52,293 nucleotides of DNA from an uncultured Acidobacteriota bacterium. GTDB taxonomy: Bacteria > Acidobacteriota > Blastocatellia > RBC074. The notes below the pieces were generated by a model. The model had not been told where the DNA came from. It was given only the letters and a program-made list of their open reading frames with translations, and did not search any database. Of this stretch, positions 39,209-50,022 are shown in pieces. The stretch's first letter is position 1, and the number at the start of each line of letters is the position of its first letter. The stretch spans positions 1 through 52,293 of the forward strand of contig CAIOZW010000103.1 in the NCBI GenBank assembly GCA_903862855.1, in the 5' to 3' direction. A program made the position numbers and the translations under genes.

Positions 39209-39232
39209 AGGCTTATCTAAATCAGGTTTACA

Positions 39233-39991
39233 ATGGACTGTCAGTATTGCTTCGGAACTGGATGGGAGATCGTCAAGGGCAGCGGTGCTCGCCCTTGTCG
39301 TTGCCGCGAAGAGGACCGGACGGCCGCGCTCCTCACGGCCTCGCGCATTCCACGCCGCTATGGTGACTGCTCCTTTGCCAATTACCATCCGCAGGGAAAC
39401 AACTTCGTCGTCGACGATGTCTTTCGCTCTCAGTCGCATGCTCTCAACGATGCTCAAAAACTGGTTCGCGAGTTTCCGATCTTCGATCTGGGACTTCTTT
39501 TCATGGGTCCCTGTGGTGTCGGCAAGACCCACCTTGCGGTATCTACTATCAGGGCGTTGATCGATAAAGGAGTCCGCTGCCTCTTCTATGACTTTCGTGA
39601 TCTCCTCAAGGAGATTCAGGATAGTTATAACCCTGTCTCCAATTCGACCGAACTCCGTGTTCTCGAACCAGTCTATCAGTCGGATGTCCTTGTCCTCGAT
39701 GAACTCGGTGCCTCGAAACCGACCGACTGGGTTCGAGATACAATGACCCAGATCATCAATACCCGCTACAATGACCGCAAGGTGACCATCTTTACGACCA
39801 ACTACCTTGATGACCCGGCCAACAATGCCGAAGAGTCACTTACCGATCGGGTTGGCGTTCGTCTCCGCTCACGACTCTACGAGATGTGCAAGGTCGTCAG
39901 AGTCAAAGGGAACGACTACCGCACCCTCATCAATCAGCAACCAGGTCAGCCAACCGGGCCGCTCCCTCTTCCCTCCGGCAGCCGTCGCTGA
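39233..39991 (+). CDS. DnaC/DnaI/IstB-family AAA+ ATPase with N-terminal Cys-rich (zinc-ribbon-like) segment
   Basis: CQYCFGTGW...PCRC at the N-terminus, [13 protein letters not shown], Walker [12 protein letters not shown], Walker B VLVLDELG, and sensor region TIFTTNY. No IstA-like transposase is adjacent. Confidence 0.85.
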   Translation: MDCQYCFGTGWEIVKGSGARPCRCREEDRTAALLTASRIPRRYGDCSFANYHPQGNNFVVDDVFRSQSHALNDAQKLVREFPIFDLGLLFMGPCGVGKTHLAVSTIRALIDKGVRCLFYDFRDLLKEIQDSYNPVSNSTELRVLEPVYQSDVLVLDELGASKPTDWVRDTMTQIINTRYNDRKVTIFTTNYLDDPANNAEESLTDRVGVRLRSRLYEMCKVVRVKGNDYRTLINQQPGQPTGPLPLPSGSRR

Positions 39992-40205
39992 ATCCACTCT
40001 CTGCTCAAGGGGGATTGTCGGATTGACATGGTTGGTGGAATAAAGAGCTTTATATGAAAAAGTGCTTGTCAGTAACAGCCAGTGCGTGTATCCTCCAACA
40101 GCAATTGAATGATAAGAGATCGTTAAGGAGAGCGGATAAGGGCTGGAGAGGAGCTAGAAATCTGTCACGTGAAGAAATGGCAGGTGGGGAAGGAGAGAGG
40201 GATAG

Positions 40206-40859
40206 ATGAGCGGTGAGAGGGCTGGGGAAGTGCGGGTAATGATTGACCGACAGGTTCACACGCTGCATGGCCGGGCGATGGACAATCTGAGGTATATCAG
40301 GGAGGCGATGGAGCGCTCATCCTCCTTTACTGCAGTTCCGGGATGGGGAGGAGTCCTGATTGGGACAACAGCCCTGGTCGCCGCCGCACTGGCGGAGTGG
40401 ATGGAGAGTCCGGGATTCGGGCGGAGCGAGGGAGAAGTTGGAAGAGGCTGGATGATGGTCTGGGGATGGGAGCTGCCGCTGGCGCTGATGATAGGTGGAG
40501 TGGCGATGAAGCGGAAGGCCAGGGCTGCTAATCTGAGGTTGCTGACGGGACCAGGACGGAAATTCGTCCTGAGTCTGGCGCCGCCTCTGGTGGCTGGTGC
40601 GCTGATCTCAGTGGCGCTGGTCAGAGCAGGAACTCTGGAGGTGCTACCAGGTATCTGGCTTCTATTGTATGGAGTGGGGGTCGTGGCGGGAGGGGCCTTC
40701 TCGGTGAGGGTTGTTCCGGTTATGGGGATGGTCTTTATGGGATTGGGGACCCTGACTCTTTTTGCCCCACCGGCAATGGGAAGGTTGATGATGGCCCTTG
40801 GTTTTGGAGTCGTCCATATCATTTTTGGATCGATAATTGCGAGGAGGTACGGTGGCTAG
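40206..40859 (+). CDS. hypothetical integral membrane protein (4-5 TM)
   Basis: Hydrophobic helices ([68 protein letters not shown]). Its end overlaps the following regulator gene. Confidence 0.65.
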   Translation: MSGERAGEVRVMIDRQVHTLHGRAMDNLRYIREAMERSSSFTAVPGWGGVLIGTTALVAAALAEWMESPGFGRSEGEVGRGWMMVWGWELPLALMIGGVAMKRKARAANLRLLTGPGRKFVLSLAPPLVAGALISVALVRAGTLEVLPGIWLLLYGVGVVAGGAFSVRVVPVMGMVFMGLGTLTLFAPPAMGRLMMALGFGVVHIIFGSIIARRYGG

Positions 40860-41235
40860 ACAGAGTATTCGTTCGACCACCACAGATGAGAAGGTTGAGC
40901 CAAAGCGTCAACCCTCAGGTGTCGCAGGGGAGGCTGGGAAGGCTCCTGATCTGGACAACCTGATTCACGAGAAGATGAGGCTTGGAATAGTCAGTGCACT
41001 GGCTGCCAATGAGATCCTGACCTTCAGTGAATTGAAAGAGTTGCTGCATACAACTGATGGCAATATCAGTGTGCATGCACGCCGGCTCGAGGAGGCTGCC
41101 TATATCGAATGCACCAAGTCTTTCGAGGGGCGTATTCCGAAGACGCGGTATCGTCTGACGATCGAGGGGAGACGAGCGCTTGAGCGTTATCTGGATCACA
41201 TGGAAGCCTTGATTCGAGCGGCTCGCGTGCGATAA
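40852..41235 (+). CDS. winged-helix transcriptional regulator (ArsR/HTH_34-like)
   Basis: [44 protein letters not shown]...[11 protein letters not shown]. The GTG at 40852 follows GGAGG and overlaps the upstream stop (GTGGCTAG). The ORF track gives a TTG start at 40837. Confidence 0.75.
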   Translation: MARQSIRSTTTDEKVEPKRQPSGVAGEAGKAPDLDNLIHEKMRLGIVSALAANEILTFSELKELLHTTDGNISVHARRLEEAAYIECTKSFEGRIPKTRYRLTIEGRRALERYLDHMEALIRAARVR

Positions 41236-41335
41236 CCTGACAAATCTTAGCCAGTACGGAACTGGAACATCGTCGGTCGATGGAGAGATGAGAGTCTGAA
41301 TTCATCGTTCCGGCAGATGATCTGAAAGGCACAAT

Positions 41336-41827
41336 ATGGTTCACACTGCAGTGGTGGAAGTTGAAGAAGCCGGAGTTTCTGCATTGAAGACTTATCACAC
41401 GACAATCAGCCTGCGGACATCGGGGTGTCTGCAGTTTATCGATCTGACCAGTGAACTGGTCGAGGTGGTAGCCAAGAGCGGGGTTCGCAATGGCTGGGTC
41501 AATGTTCAGACACGCCACACGACGACGGCACTGATCGTCAATGAGAATGAGCCTTTGCTGCTCGAGGATCTGCATCGTCTTCTTGATCGCCTTGCCCCAC
41601 GTGATGGGGAGTATCAGCATAACGATTTCAGCCGGCGCATCGATATACCGCCTGATGAGCCGGCAAATGGACATTCCCACTGTAAGGCGCTCTTTCTGCC
41701 AGCCACCGTCAGTCTGAACATCGCCGATGGTCAACTGCAGCTTGGTCAGTGGCAGAGCCTCTTCTTCATCGAGCTCGATGATAGTCGCGAGCGAAAGATC
41801 TCCATCATGGTCATGGGGCAGGGATAA
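41336..41827 (+). CDS. YjbQ/UPF0047-family protein (secondary thiamine-phosphate synthase-like)
   Basis: [23 protein letters not shown]...[10 protein letters not shown]...[13 protein letters not shown]. Confidence 0.8.
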   Translation: MVHTAVVEVEEAGVSALKTYHTTISLRTSGCLQFIDLTSELVEVVAKSGVRNGWVNVQTRHTTTALIVNENEPLLLEDLHRLLDRLAPRDGEYQHNDFSRRIDIPPDEPANGHSHCKALFLPATVSLNIADGQLQLGQWQSLFFIELDDSRERKISIMVMGQG

Positions 41828-41830
41828 GCA

Positions 41831-42901
41831 ATGAACGCACTGGTGATGGCGGGCGGCTCCGGGACACGATTCTGGCCGGCGAGTCGGGAATCTCTCCCAA
41901 AACAGTTTCTCTGCATAACGGGCAATCGCTCGATGCTTGAAGAGACCATTGCAAGAATAGGTCCGACGATCCCTGAAAGTCGGGTGGCCGTTGTCGTAGG
42001 GAAGATCCACGAAGGGGTGACCCGGCAGATTCTTGATGGAACGCCGGTGAGGGTTCTTGTTGAGCCAACGGGAAGAAACACTGCTGCCTGTATCGGTTTG
42101 GCCGCCCTTCATTTGCGAAGACAGGGAGCCGGAGAGCCGGTGGTCGTACTTCCGGCCGACCACTTTATTGCCCGCAGTGATCTCTTCAATGAGATACTCG
42201 CCTCAGCTGCCGGTCCAGCCCGCGAGGGGGCGATCGTCACCATCGGTATCGAGCCGACACGACCAGAGACAGGCTATGGGTATATCAGGGTCGATTCGCG
42301 TGCCGATCTCGGACGTCTCTCCGGTTCAACTTTTTTGCACCGCGTCGACAGTTTCGTCGAGAAGCCCGACCTTGAGCGGGCCATTCAATATCTGGGTTCT
42401 GGAGAGTATCTCTGGAACAGCGGAATCTTTGTCTTTACGCCCGAGGTGATCCTGAGCGAGATTTCGACACATCTTCCAGTGCTTGCCGAAGGGCTGGCGG
42501 AGATCGACGAGGCGATCGACCGACCTGACTATCAGGAAGTGCTGGAGCGTGTGTATGGAACTCTCCCGGCGATCTCGATCGACCATGGCATCATCGAGAA
42601 GACGTCGCTTCCACTCTACGTGATCAGAGCCGATTTCGGCTGGAGTGATGTGGGCAGCTGGCAGGCTCTCTATGAATTGAGGGAGGGGGAGACCGACGAA
42701 CAGGGCAATCTTCTGCAAGGGGCAGTCTGGGTCGAAGACTCACGCCGTAACCTCGTCTACTCAAAGAGTGGCCGCCAGGTGGCGATTCTTGGAGTCGAGG
42801 GGCTGGTGATCGTCGACACGGAGGACATGCTCATGGTTGCTGACCTCACGCGATCTCAGGATGTAAAACGGTTCGCATTGAGAGAGCGACAGCGAGAGTA
42901 G
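41831..42901 (+). CDS. mannose-1-phosphate guanylyltransferase (nucleotidyltransferase domain only)
   Basis: MAGGSGTRFWPASRESLPKQF, GYGYI and WSDVGSW motifs. It starts 3 nt (41828-41830) after the yjbQ-like stop. Confidence 0.85.
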   Translation: MNALVMAGGSGTRFWPASRESLPKQFLCITGNRSMLEETIARIGPTIPESRVAVVVGKIHEGVTRQILDGTPVRVLVEPTGRNTAACIGLAALHLRRQGAGEPVVVLPADHFIARSDLFNEILASAAGPAREGAIVTIGIEPTRPETGYGYIRVDSRADLGRLSGSTFLHRVDSFVEKPDLERAIQYLGSGEYLWNSGIFVFTPEVILSEISTHLPVLAEGLAEIDEAIDRPDYQEVLERVYGTLPAISIDHGIIEKTSLPLYVIRADFGWSDVGSWQALYELREGETDEQGNLLQGAVWVEDSRRNLVYSKSGRQVAILGVEGLVIVDTEDMLMVADLTRSQDVKRFALRERQRE

Positions 42902-43069
42902 ACGTTGTTTGGACTTCCAACAACGATCAGGTCCGTCGAACAGGATTCAAAGGCAGTCGATTGAGTCTCATTCGCGGACTTTTCTCATTTTTGGTATATA
43001 CTCACGTGGCTTGAACCTGTCTTTTCAAGCCATTCTGTTGTTCGATCACGAGGCAGAAGGGAGCGCGTG

Positions 43070-43837
43070 ATGCAGATCAGGGAGAAGGTGTTCATTGTCA
43101 GTGGTGGAGCTTCGGGTCTTGGCGCCGCAACCGTCTCGCAACTGGTCACGGAAGGTGCGCGAGTAGTCATTGCCGATATCGATGCGGACAGGGGGAGGGC
43201 TCTGGCTGCACGTTGCGGCAGTGACGTCTGCTTTCAACTTACCGATGTCACCTCCGAGGAGAGTCTGGGGGCGGCCATTGGAGTGGCCGTCGAGAGATTC
43301 GGAGGGCTTCACGGGGCTATCGGCTGTGCCGGTATTGCTATTGCTGATCGTACAGTCGGACGATCCGGGCCGCACCGTCTCGATCTCTTCAGAAGGGTCA
43401 TCGATATCAATCTGCTCGGGATGTTCAATCTGATCAGGCTGGCAGCGGACCAGATGGCCAGGCAGGATTGTGGAGCGGATGGTGAGAGGGGCGTAATCGT
43501 GGCGACTTCCTCGATTGCCGCCTACGATGGCCAGACAGGACAGGCCGCCTATGCGGCCTCAAAGGGAGGAATCGTCGCCTTGACACTCCCGGTTGCCAGA
43601 GATCTTGCGCGGCATGGCATCAGAATGATGACCATCGCTCCTGGCATCTTCGATACACCGATTCTCGAAGGTCTGCCAGATGAGATCAGAACCCAGCTTG
43701 GAGCGCAGGCACCATTTCCAGGGCGCCTCGGTCGACCGGAAGAGTTTGCCAGGCTCGTCGTGCATATCGTACAGAATCAGATGCTCAATGGTGAAGTGAT
43801 ACGACTTGATGGTGCGCTGCGACTGCCTCCACGCTGA
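43070..43837 (+). CDS. short-chain dehydrogenase/reductase, 3-hydroxyacyl-CoA dehydrogenase type II-like
   Basis: Cofactor motif [10 protein letters not shown] and catalytic motif YAASKGG. The C-terminus [14 protein letters not shown] is HSD10-like. Confidence 0.82.
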   Translation: MQIREKVFIVSGGASGLGAATVSQLVTEGARVVIADIDADRGRALAARCGSDVCFQLTDVTSEESLGAAIGVAVERFGGLHGAIGCAGIAIADRTVGRSGPHRLDLFRRVIDINLLGMFNLIRLAADQMARQDCGADGERGVIVATSSIAAYDGQTGQAAYAASKGGIVALTLPVARDLARHGIRMMTIAPGIFDTPILEGLPDEIRTQLGAQAPFPGRLGRPEEFARLVVHIVQNQMLNGEVIRLDGALRLPPR

Positions 43838-43987
43838 TTCCTGATCGAGGCGTGTCGACAGACTCTTCCCGGTGGCGGGAGACTTTTCGGAATCGTCCTG
43901 AATCTGAGAATCTGCCAGTGAGCCAGGTCAGCAATCAGCTGAGAACAAAGGGACAGAGCCGATAGTGAATACTGGAGAGGAAAGAGC

Positions 43988-45580
43988 ATGACAGAATTTG
44001 GCGGGATCAATGGGGCGGAGAGTATCATCAGGGCCGCTCTGTTGAGCGGGCTGGACACCTGCTTTGCCAATCCCGGAACGACTGAGATTCCGCTGGTCAG
44101 GGCTCTTGATGAGATCGAGGGAGTCAGGCCTGTTCTCTGCCTCTTCGAAGGAGTCTGCACTGGGGCTGCTGATGGATATGGACGGATGGCCAATCGGCCA
44201 GCCTTGACGCTGCTCCATCTCGGACCAGGGTTGGCAAATGGAGTTGCCTATCTCCACGATGCGCGACGGGCACGCTCGCCGGTCGTCAATCTGATCGGTG
44301 AGCATGCGACATGGCATCAGGCTGCTGATGCTCCACTGCAGAGTGACATCGAGTCCCTTGCCAGGCCTGTCTCGGCCTGGCTAAGGCGAGGAGCAGTCTC
44401 GACAGAGCTTGCCCGTGATCTACAAGACGCCATCATTGCGGCCTCGGTCAAACCTGGGCGAATCTCGACGCTTATTCTTCCTCACGATCTGCTCATTGCT
44501 CCCGGATTGTTACCTGGCGCACCGCCTCGCCTTCCTGATCCGCCCAGGATTTGTTCTGAACGGATTGCGACGGCAAGAGACGCTCTGCTGAATGGCTCGC
44601 CAGCGGCCATCCTGCTTGGTTCACATGCTCTTCGCGAAAGGGCTCAGCCAGCGTTGGCTCGTATTCGCGAGTTGACCGGAGTCGGTCTGATCGCTGAGGC
44701 TTTTCCCGCCCGCTGGGAGAGAGGTCTTGGAAGACCGGCCATCTCGCGCCTTCCATATTTTCCAGAGATGGCCGTTCCGGTGCTTGCTCGATACCAGACT
44801 ATAATTCTCGCCGGCGCACCCTCGCCTGTCTCCTTCTTCGGTTATCCGGGGACTCCGAGCCACTACATCACTGCCGATCAGCAGACGATCGATCTGGCGG
44901 GGCCTGAAGATGACGTCGAGACTGCGCTTGAGGAGCTTGCCGAATCGCTTCAAGTCAGGGGAGGGAAGTCGTCCTCACCTGCTTTAGATAAGCCCTCTTC
45001 AACCGATTTCCCATCTCTTGATCCTGACCGGCCCCTTACCGGAAGAAGAATGACCGCAATTGTCGCCGCGCTGCTTCCACCTGGTGCGATCGTCATGGAT
45101 GAAGGACACACCAGCACGGGCGCACACACTGCATATTTTCAGCAGGCAGCACCACACTCCTACCTTACCCAGCCCGGAGGAGCGATTGGTCTGGGAATGC
45201 CCTGTGCAATTGGTGCGGCCATTGCCTGTCCGGATCGACCAGTAGTGACCCTTCAGGCAGATGGCAGCGGAATGTACACAGTCCAGTCTCTCTGGACAAT
45301 GGCCCGCGAAGGGTTGAACATCAAGACCATTATCTGCAACAACTCTGGTTATCAAATTGTTGGAATTGAGATGCTGCGTGCCGGCGTTACCAGTCCTGGA
45401 GGACGTGCGCGGTCTCTCATGGATGTCGTCGGTCCACAGATCGACTGGGTGGGAGTTTCGAAAGGACTTGGCGTGCCAGCCGTCCGGGTTGAGACCACCA
45501 CGCAGTTGGCGGATGTCTTGCGCCGGGAGCTTTTGGAACCTGGTCCATTCCTGATCGATGCCGTACTGGAGAAAGAATGA
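43988..45580 (+). CDS. thiamine-diphosphate-dependent enzyme (acetolactate-synthase-like family)
   Basis: N-terminal PYR domain ([28 protein letters not shown]...) and a ThDP-binding motif ADGSGMY...(N24)...NN. Confidence 0.8.
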   Translation: MTEFGGINGAESIIRAALLSGLDTCFANPGTTEIPLVRALDEIEGVRPVLCLFEGVCTGAADGYGRMANRPALTLLHLGPGLANGVAYLHDARRARSPVVNLIGEHATWHQAADAPLQSDIESLARPVSAWLRRGAVSTELARDLQDAIIAASVKPGRISTLILPHDLLIAPGLLPGAPPRLPDPPRICSERIATARDALLNGSPAAILLGSHALRERAQPALARIRELTGVGLIAEAFPARWERGLGRPAISRLPYFPEMAVPVLARYQTIILAGAPSPVSFFGYPGTPSHYITADQQTIDLAGPEDDVETALEELAESLQVRGGKSSSPALDKPSSTDFPSLDPDRPLTGRRMTAIVAALLPPGAIVMDEGHTSTGAHTAYFQQAAPHSYLTQPGGAIGLGMPCAIGAAIACPDRPVVTLQADGSGMYTVQSLWTMAREGLNIKTIICNNSGYQIVGIEMLRAGVTSPGGRARSLMDVVGPQIDWVGVSKGLGVPAVRVETTTQLADVLRRELLEPGPFLIDAVLEKE

Positions 45581-45611
45581 TCCGGCCAGTTCAGGAGTAA
45601 GCGAGGATTTG

Positions 45612-46826
45612 ATGAGTCAAATTAGTATCGGTGAGAGTTCGGAACGTGCCAGTGAGATCAAGAATCGCCTCACTGCATTCATGGATGAGTATATCTATCC
45701 GAATGAGTCAGTCTATTACAGTCAGGTGGCCAATGGTGAAAGATGGAAGATTCTGCCACTGATCGAAGAGTTGAAGGCACGTGCACGAACTGCCGGTCTC
45801 TGGAATCTCTTTCTGCCCGAGAGTGATCTGGGCCCTGGCCTGACCAATCTCGAGTATGCGCCACTCTGTGAGATCATGGGACGGGTCACCTGGTCGGCGG
45901 AGGTCTTCAACTGCTCGGCGCCCGATACGGGCAATATGGAAGTTCTCGTCCGGTATGGCTCCCCTGAGCAGAAGGAGGAGTGGCTCGCTCCACTCCTGGC
46001 CGGGGAGATCCGTTCCTGTTTTGCCATGACCGAGCCCGATGTTGCCTCCTCTGATGCGACATCGATCAAGACCAGCATCGTCCGCCGTGGCGACAATTGG
46101 ATTATCAATGGTCGCAAATGGTGGACTTCGGGTGCCGGGGATCCACGTTGCCGATTTGCCATTCTGCTTGGTCGCAGCAGCCCGGATGCCCCGCGGCATC
46201 TTCAGCAGTCGATGATCATCGTGCCTCTCAATGCGCCCGGAGTGAGCATCAACAGGATGCTTACTCTCTTTGGTTATGACGATGCTCCCCATGGGCACGC
46301 CGAGGTCAATTTCGAGAATGTCGAGGTTCCGATTGCGAATATGATTCTTGGTGAAGGGCGTGGTTTTGAGATTGCTCAGGGGCGACTTGGGCCAGGCAGG
46401 ATTCACCACTGTATGCGTCTGATCGGGCTGGCTGAAAGGGCCCTTGAGCTGATGTGTCAGAGAGTGCAATCTCGCGTTGCGTTCGGTCGGAAGCTGTCCG
46501 AGATGGGATCGATTCGCCAGGACATCGCACAGTCACGCATCGAGATCGAACAGGCGAGACTTCTGGTCATGAAGGCGGCCCTGATGATGGACACACAGGG
46601 TAATCGAGCCGCCCGCCAGGAGATTGCCATGATCAAGGTGGTCGCGCCGATAATGGCCCAGCGCATCATCGATCGCGCCATCCAGTCTCACGGCGGTGCC
46701 GGGGTGAGTCAGGATACATTTCTTGCCGCTGCCTGGGCCGGTGCAAGAAGTCTTCGGCTGGCCGACGGACCGGACGAGGTCCATCTTGAATCGATTGCTC
46801 GACTGGAGTTGAAGCGTTATGACTGA
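45612..46826 (+). CDS. acyl-CoA dehydrogenase (ACAD10/11 / FadE2-like)
   Basis: [23 protein letters not shown] and [10 protein letters not shown] motifs. ATG at 45612 follows AGGAG. Confidence 0.88.
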   Translation: MSQISIGESSERASEIKNRLTAFMDEYIYPNESVYYSQVANGERWKILPLIEELKARARTAGLWNLFLPESDLGPGLTNLEYAPLCEIMGRVTWSAEVFNCSAPDTGNMEVLVRYGSPEQKEEWLAPLLAGEIRSCFAMTEPDVASSDATSIKTSIVRRGDNWIINGRKWWTSGAGDPRCRFAILLGRSSPDAPRHLQQSMIIVPLNAPGVSINRMLTLFGYDDAPHGHAEVNFENVEVPIANMILGEGRGFEIAQGRLGPGRIHHCMRLIGLAERALELMCQRVQSRVAFGRKLSEMGSIRQDIAQSRIEIEQARLLVMKAALMMDTQGNRAARQEIAMIKVVAPIMAQRIIDRAIQSHGGAGVSQDTFLAAAWAGARSLRLADGPDEVHLESIARLELKRYD

Positions 46827-47421
46827 GCATCTCGAGTTGCGGCAGCTCTGTGTCTTCTGCGGCTCAAGCCCCGGATCAAATCCCTTCTATCGCGAGGTTG
46901 CCGGTCAGTTGGGTCGAGCTCTTGCCGCCAGAGAGATAGTACTTGTCTATGGGGGTGGAGGGATTGGTCTTATGGGGGCTGTCGCCGATGCCACCCTCGC
47001 CGCAGGTGGTCAGGTAACTGGTGTGATACCCGCGGGGCTGGCGAGCCGGGAGGTTGCCCACCAGAATCTGACTGCGCTGGAAGTGGTTGCGACCATGCAC
47101 GAACGGAAGGCCCGCATGGCCGATCTGGCCGATGCCTTTCTGGCACTCCCCGGTGGAATGGGTACTTTTGATGAACTGTTCGAGATCATTACGTGGGCCC
47201 AGCTTGGGATCCATCAAAAGCCGATTGGTCTTCTCAATATCGACCATTACTTCGACCCGCTGATCGAGATGGTCGAACACGCAATCCGTGAAGGATTCGT
47301 CTCTCCACATCATCGTGGTCTGCTCATCATTGCCGACTCGGTCGACGAGTGGTTCGCAAGGCTCGGTCAATTTCAACCCATCAAAATCTCAACCCGCTGG
47401 ATCGAGATGAGTGAGATCTGA
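46819..47421 (+). CDS. LOG-family (TIGR00730) nucleotide 5'-monophosphate phosphoribohydrolase
   Basis: [12 protein letters not shown] and [12 protein letters not shown] motifs. The start overlaps the ACAD stop (ATGACTGA). Confidence 0.88.
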   Translation: MTEHLELRQLCVFCGSSPGSNPFYREVAGQLGRALAAREIVLVYGGGGIGLMGAVADATLAAGGQVTGVIPAGLASREVAHQNLTALEVVATMHERKARMADLADAFLALPGGMGTFDELFEIITWAQLGIHQKPIGLLNIDHYFDPLIEMVEHAIREGFVSPHHRGLLIIADSVDEWFARLGQFQPIKISTRWIEMSEI

Positions 47422-47463
47422 TAACCTCAGGCTTGGGAATCGTCTTAAAATGGTAATTATGAT

Positions 47464-49980
47464 ATGTCATCCATAAACTCAGAAGATAATATCCAGACAA
47501 GCCCAGATCTTTCAGCCGGAGCCATCTCGAGTGAGGATCTGCGGACAGGACTCACTGTTGAAACCATTCAGCAGGCAATTGTCGATAATCTGTTCTACAC
47601 TCAGGGGCGCCTGCCTGAGTTTGCGACAATGCACCACTGGTACATGGCCCTCTCCCTCACTGTCCGTGATCGAATGCTCGACCACTGGGTACGAACCGCG
47701 AGGCGCATGGTCAAACAGCGTGCAAAGATGGTCAGCTATCTTTCCGCCGAGTTTCTGATGGGGCCGCAGCTTGGGAACAATCTCGTCAATCTGGGAATCT
47801 ACGATCAGGCCCGTCAGGCGGTGGAGAATCTCGGGCTGCGTCTTGAAGAGATCGAGGACCAGGAGGAGGAACCAGGACTGGGTAACGGCGGACTCGGCCG
47901 CCTTGCCGCCTGCTATCTCGACTCGATGACCACCCTGGGTATCCCTGCCACTGGCTATGGGATCCGTTACGAATTTGGCATATTCGATCAGCAGCTCCGG
48001 GATGGCTGGCAGGTTGAGCGTACCGACAAGTGGCTTCAATTCGGCAATCCCTGGGAGCTTCCGCGACCGGAGATCAATTACTACCTTCAGTTTGGTGGTC
48101 GTACGGAGAGCTACTACGATCAGAACTTCAAGTACCGCGTTCGCTGGATTCCTGATCGAATGGTCAAGGGCGTTGCCTATGATACTCCAATTCCAGGTTA
48201 TCGTGTCGGCATGACCAACCAGCTTCGTCTCTGGAAGGCGGAGGCGGTCGAGTCTTTCGATTTTGCGGCCTTCAATACCGGAGACTATGACCGGGCTGTT
48301 CTCGACAAGATCACCTCTGAGAATCTGACCAAAGTCCTCTATCCGAACGACAATATCAGTCAGGGCAAGCAGTTGCGTCTTGAGCAGCAGTACTTTTTCG
48401 TCTCCTGCTCACTTCGTGACATGATCCGGAAGTGTCGCAATCTTGGATATCCGCTCAGCAAGTTTCATGAATATTTTGCTGTACAGATGAACGATACCCA
48501 TCCTTCGATTGCCGTCGCTGAACTGATGCGGCTGCTGGTCGATGAATACGAGATCGAATGGGAGGAAGCCTGGCATATCACCCGGCAGAGCCTTGGCTAT
48601 ACGAACCATACACTTCTCCCGGAAGCTCTCGAAAAGTGGTCACTGCCGCTCTTCTCAAAGGTGCTGCCTCGTCACACCGAGATCATCTATGAAATAAACC
48701 GGCGCTTCCTTGAGCAGGTCACGGAAAGGTTTCCGGGAGACAGTGAGCGTACACGCCGGATGTCACTTATCGATGAGTCAGGTGAGAAGTCGATCCGCAT
48801 GGCCCACCTTGCCGTCGTTGGTAGTCGCGCCGTCAATGGAGTCGCCTGGCTACATACCGAACTTCTGAAGCGGGATGTCCTACGCGATTTTCACGAGTTC
48901 TCACCTGAGAAATTTCACAATGTCACTAATGGAGTGACACCACGCCGCTGGGTTGTCTACTCGAATCCTGAGTTGGCTGCATTGATTACGAGCCGTATTG
49001 GTGACCGCTGGATTCGCCATCCGGAGGAGGAGCTCCCACGCCTTGAACCATTTGCGACCGAACCGCAATTCCAGAGCGACTGGATGGCCATCAAGCGACG
49101 GAACAAGGAGCGGCTGGCCCAGATCATCGACCAGCGCACCGGTCTCCGTGTCGATCCGGATTCACTCTTCGATATTCAGGTCAAAAGGATTCACGAGTAC
49201 AAGCGTCAGCACCTCAACGTGCTCCACATGATTGTTCATTACTGGCGTCTCAAGTCCGATTCACGCGCCGATTTCAATCCTCGCACCTTTGTCTTTGCCG
49301 GAAAGGCTGCACCCGGTTACGAGATGGCCAAGCTGATTATCAAACTGATCAACTCGGTGGCTGACGTCATCAACCATGATCCTGCTGTGCGTGACCGGAT
49401 GAAAGTCGTCTTTCTGACCGACTTCAATGTCAAGAATGCCCAGCCGATCTATCCCGCCGCCGATCTTTCAGAGCAGATTTCGACTGCCGGAAAGGAGGCA
49501 TCCGGCACTGGCAATATGAAGTTTGCCATGAACGGGGCCTTGACGATCGGGACGCTGGATGGTGCCAATATCGAGATCCGTGATGCTGTCGGCCCGGGCA
49601 ACTTCTTTCTCTTCGGGCTCTCGGCAGAGGAGGTTCAGGAGCGACGGGCTGCCGGCTACGATCCACGCCAGCTCTACCATGCCGACGAGCTGCTACGCGA
49701 TGTGATCAACCTGATCGGCACGGGATTCTTCTCTCCCGAGGATCGTGACCTCTTTCGGCCACTCATCGATTCATTGCTGACTTCGGATGACTACATGCTG
49801 ATGGCCGATTTCAAGTCATACATTGAGTGCCAGCGGAATGTATGTCAGTCCTATGCCGATCGGGTCGGGTGGGCAGAGATGTCGATCCTCAATGCCGCCA
49901 GGGTGGGCCGGTTCTCCTCAGATCGTTCGATCAGGGACTACTGCCGGGATATCTGGAAAGTCGCGCCTATCAGCTCTTGA
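47464..49980 (+). CDS. glgP: glycogen/alpha-glucan phosphorylase (GT35)
   Basis: PGLGNGGLGRLAAC, and the PLP-lysine signature EASGTGNMKFAMNGALTIGTLDGANIE. Confidence 0.95.
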   Translation: MSSINSEDNIQTSPDLSAGAISSEDLRTGLTVETIQQAIVDNLFYTQGRLPEFATMHHWYMALSLTVRDRMLDHWVRTARRMVKQRAKMVSYLSAEFLMGPQLGNNLVNLGIYDQARQAVENLGLRLEEIEDQEEEPGLGNGGLGRLAACYLDSMTTLGIPATGYGIRYEFGIFDQQLRDGWQVERTDKWLQFGNPWELPRPEINYYLQFGGRTESYYDQNFKYRVRWIPDRMVKGVAYDTPIPGYRVGMTNQLRLWKAEAVESFDFAAFNTGDYDRAVLDKITSENLTKVLYPNDNISQGKQLRLEQQYFFVSCSLRDMIRKCRNLGYPLSKFHEYFAVQMNDTHPSIAVAELMRLLVDEYEIEWEEAWHITRQSLGYTNHTLLPEALEKWSLPLFSKVLPRHTEIIYEINRRFLEQVTERFPGDSERTRRMSLIDESGEKSIRMAHLAVVGSRAVNGVAWLHTELLKRDVLRDFHEFSPEKFHNVTNGVTPRRWVVYSNPELAALITSRIGDRWIRHPEEELPRLEPFATEPQFQSDWMAIKRRNKERLAQIIDQRTGLRVDPDSLFDIQVKRIHEYKRQHLNVLHMIVHYWRLKSDSRADFNPRTFVFAGKAAPGYEMAKLIIKLINSVADVINHDPAVRDRMKVVFLTDFNVKNAQPIYPAADLSEQISTAGKEASGTGNMKFAMNGALTIGTLDGANIEIRDAVGPGNFFLFGLSAEEVQERRAAGYDPRQLYHADELLRDVINLIGTGFFSPEDRDLFRPLIDSLLTSDDYMLMADFKSYIECQRNVCQSYADRVGWAEMSILNAARVGRFSSDRSIRDYCRDIWKVAPISS

Positions 49981-50022
49981 GGCAGAGGGCCAAAGTTTGA
50001 CAATTGTTCAAGATCAGGGGAC

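Noticed and set aside
38486-39232. Chromosomal oriC, or a known housekeeping ncRNA (RNase P RNA, tmRNA, SRP RNA, 6S RNA), in the ORF-free gap
   Set aside because: Only weak DnaA-box-like matches are present (for example CCATCCACA at about 38568), and dnaA/dnaN are not nearby. Conserved cores are absent by eye: GGAAAGTCCGG for RNase P, the GGGG...TCCACCA ends for tmRNA, and GGAAGGAAGCAGC for SRP. 6S RNA cannot be excluded without a covariance-model search.
39233-39991. IS21-type mobile element (IstB helper)
   Set aside because: There is no IstA transposase ORF, no terminal inverted repeats and no target duplication recognisable on either side.
41066-42163. 365-aa ORF on the minus strand spanning the regulator 3' end, the whole yjbQ-like gene and the manC-like 5' part
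   Set aside because: It runs in exact codon-register antisense to yjbQ and manC. That is the frame which stays open when TTA, CTA and TCA codons are rare. The translated sequence is Arg/Ser/Cys/His-rich with no motif. The sense-strand genes have clear family signatures.
42974-43002. Sigma70-type promoter with an extended -10 element (TGGTATATA) upstream of the SDR gene
   Set aside because: The -10 hexamer matches only 4/6 to TATAAT (TATACT at 42997-43002 gives 5/6). No acceptable -35 lies at 16-18 bp spacing. Promoter consensus for this lineage is unknown.
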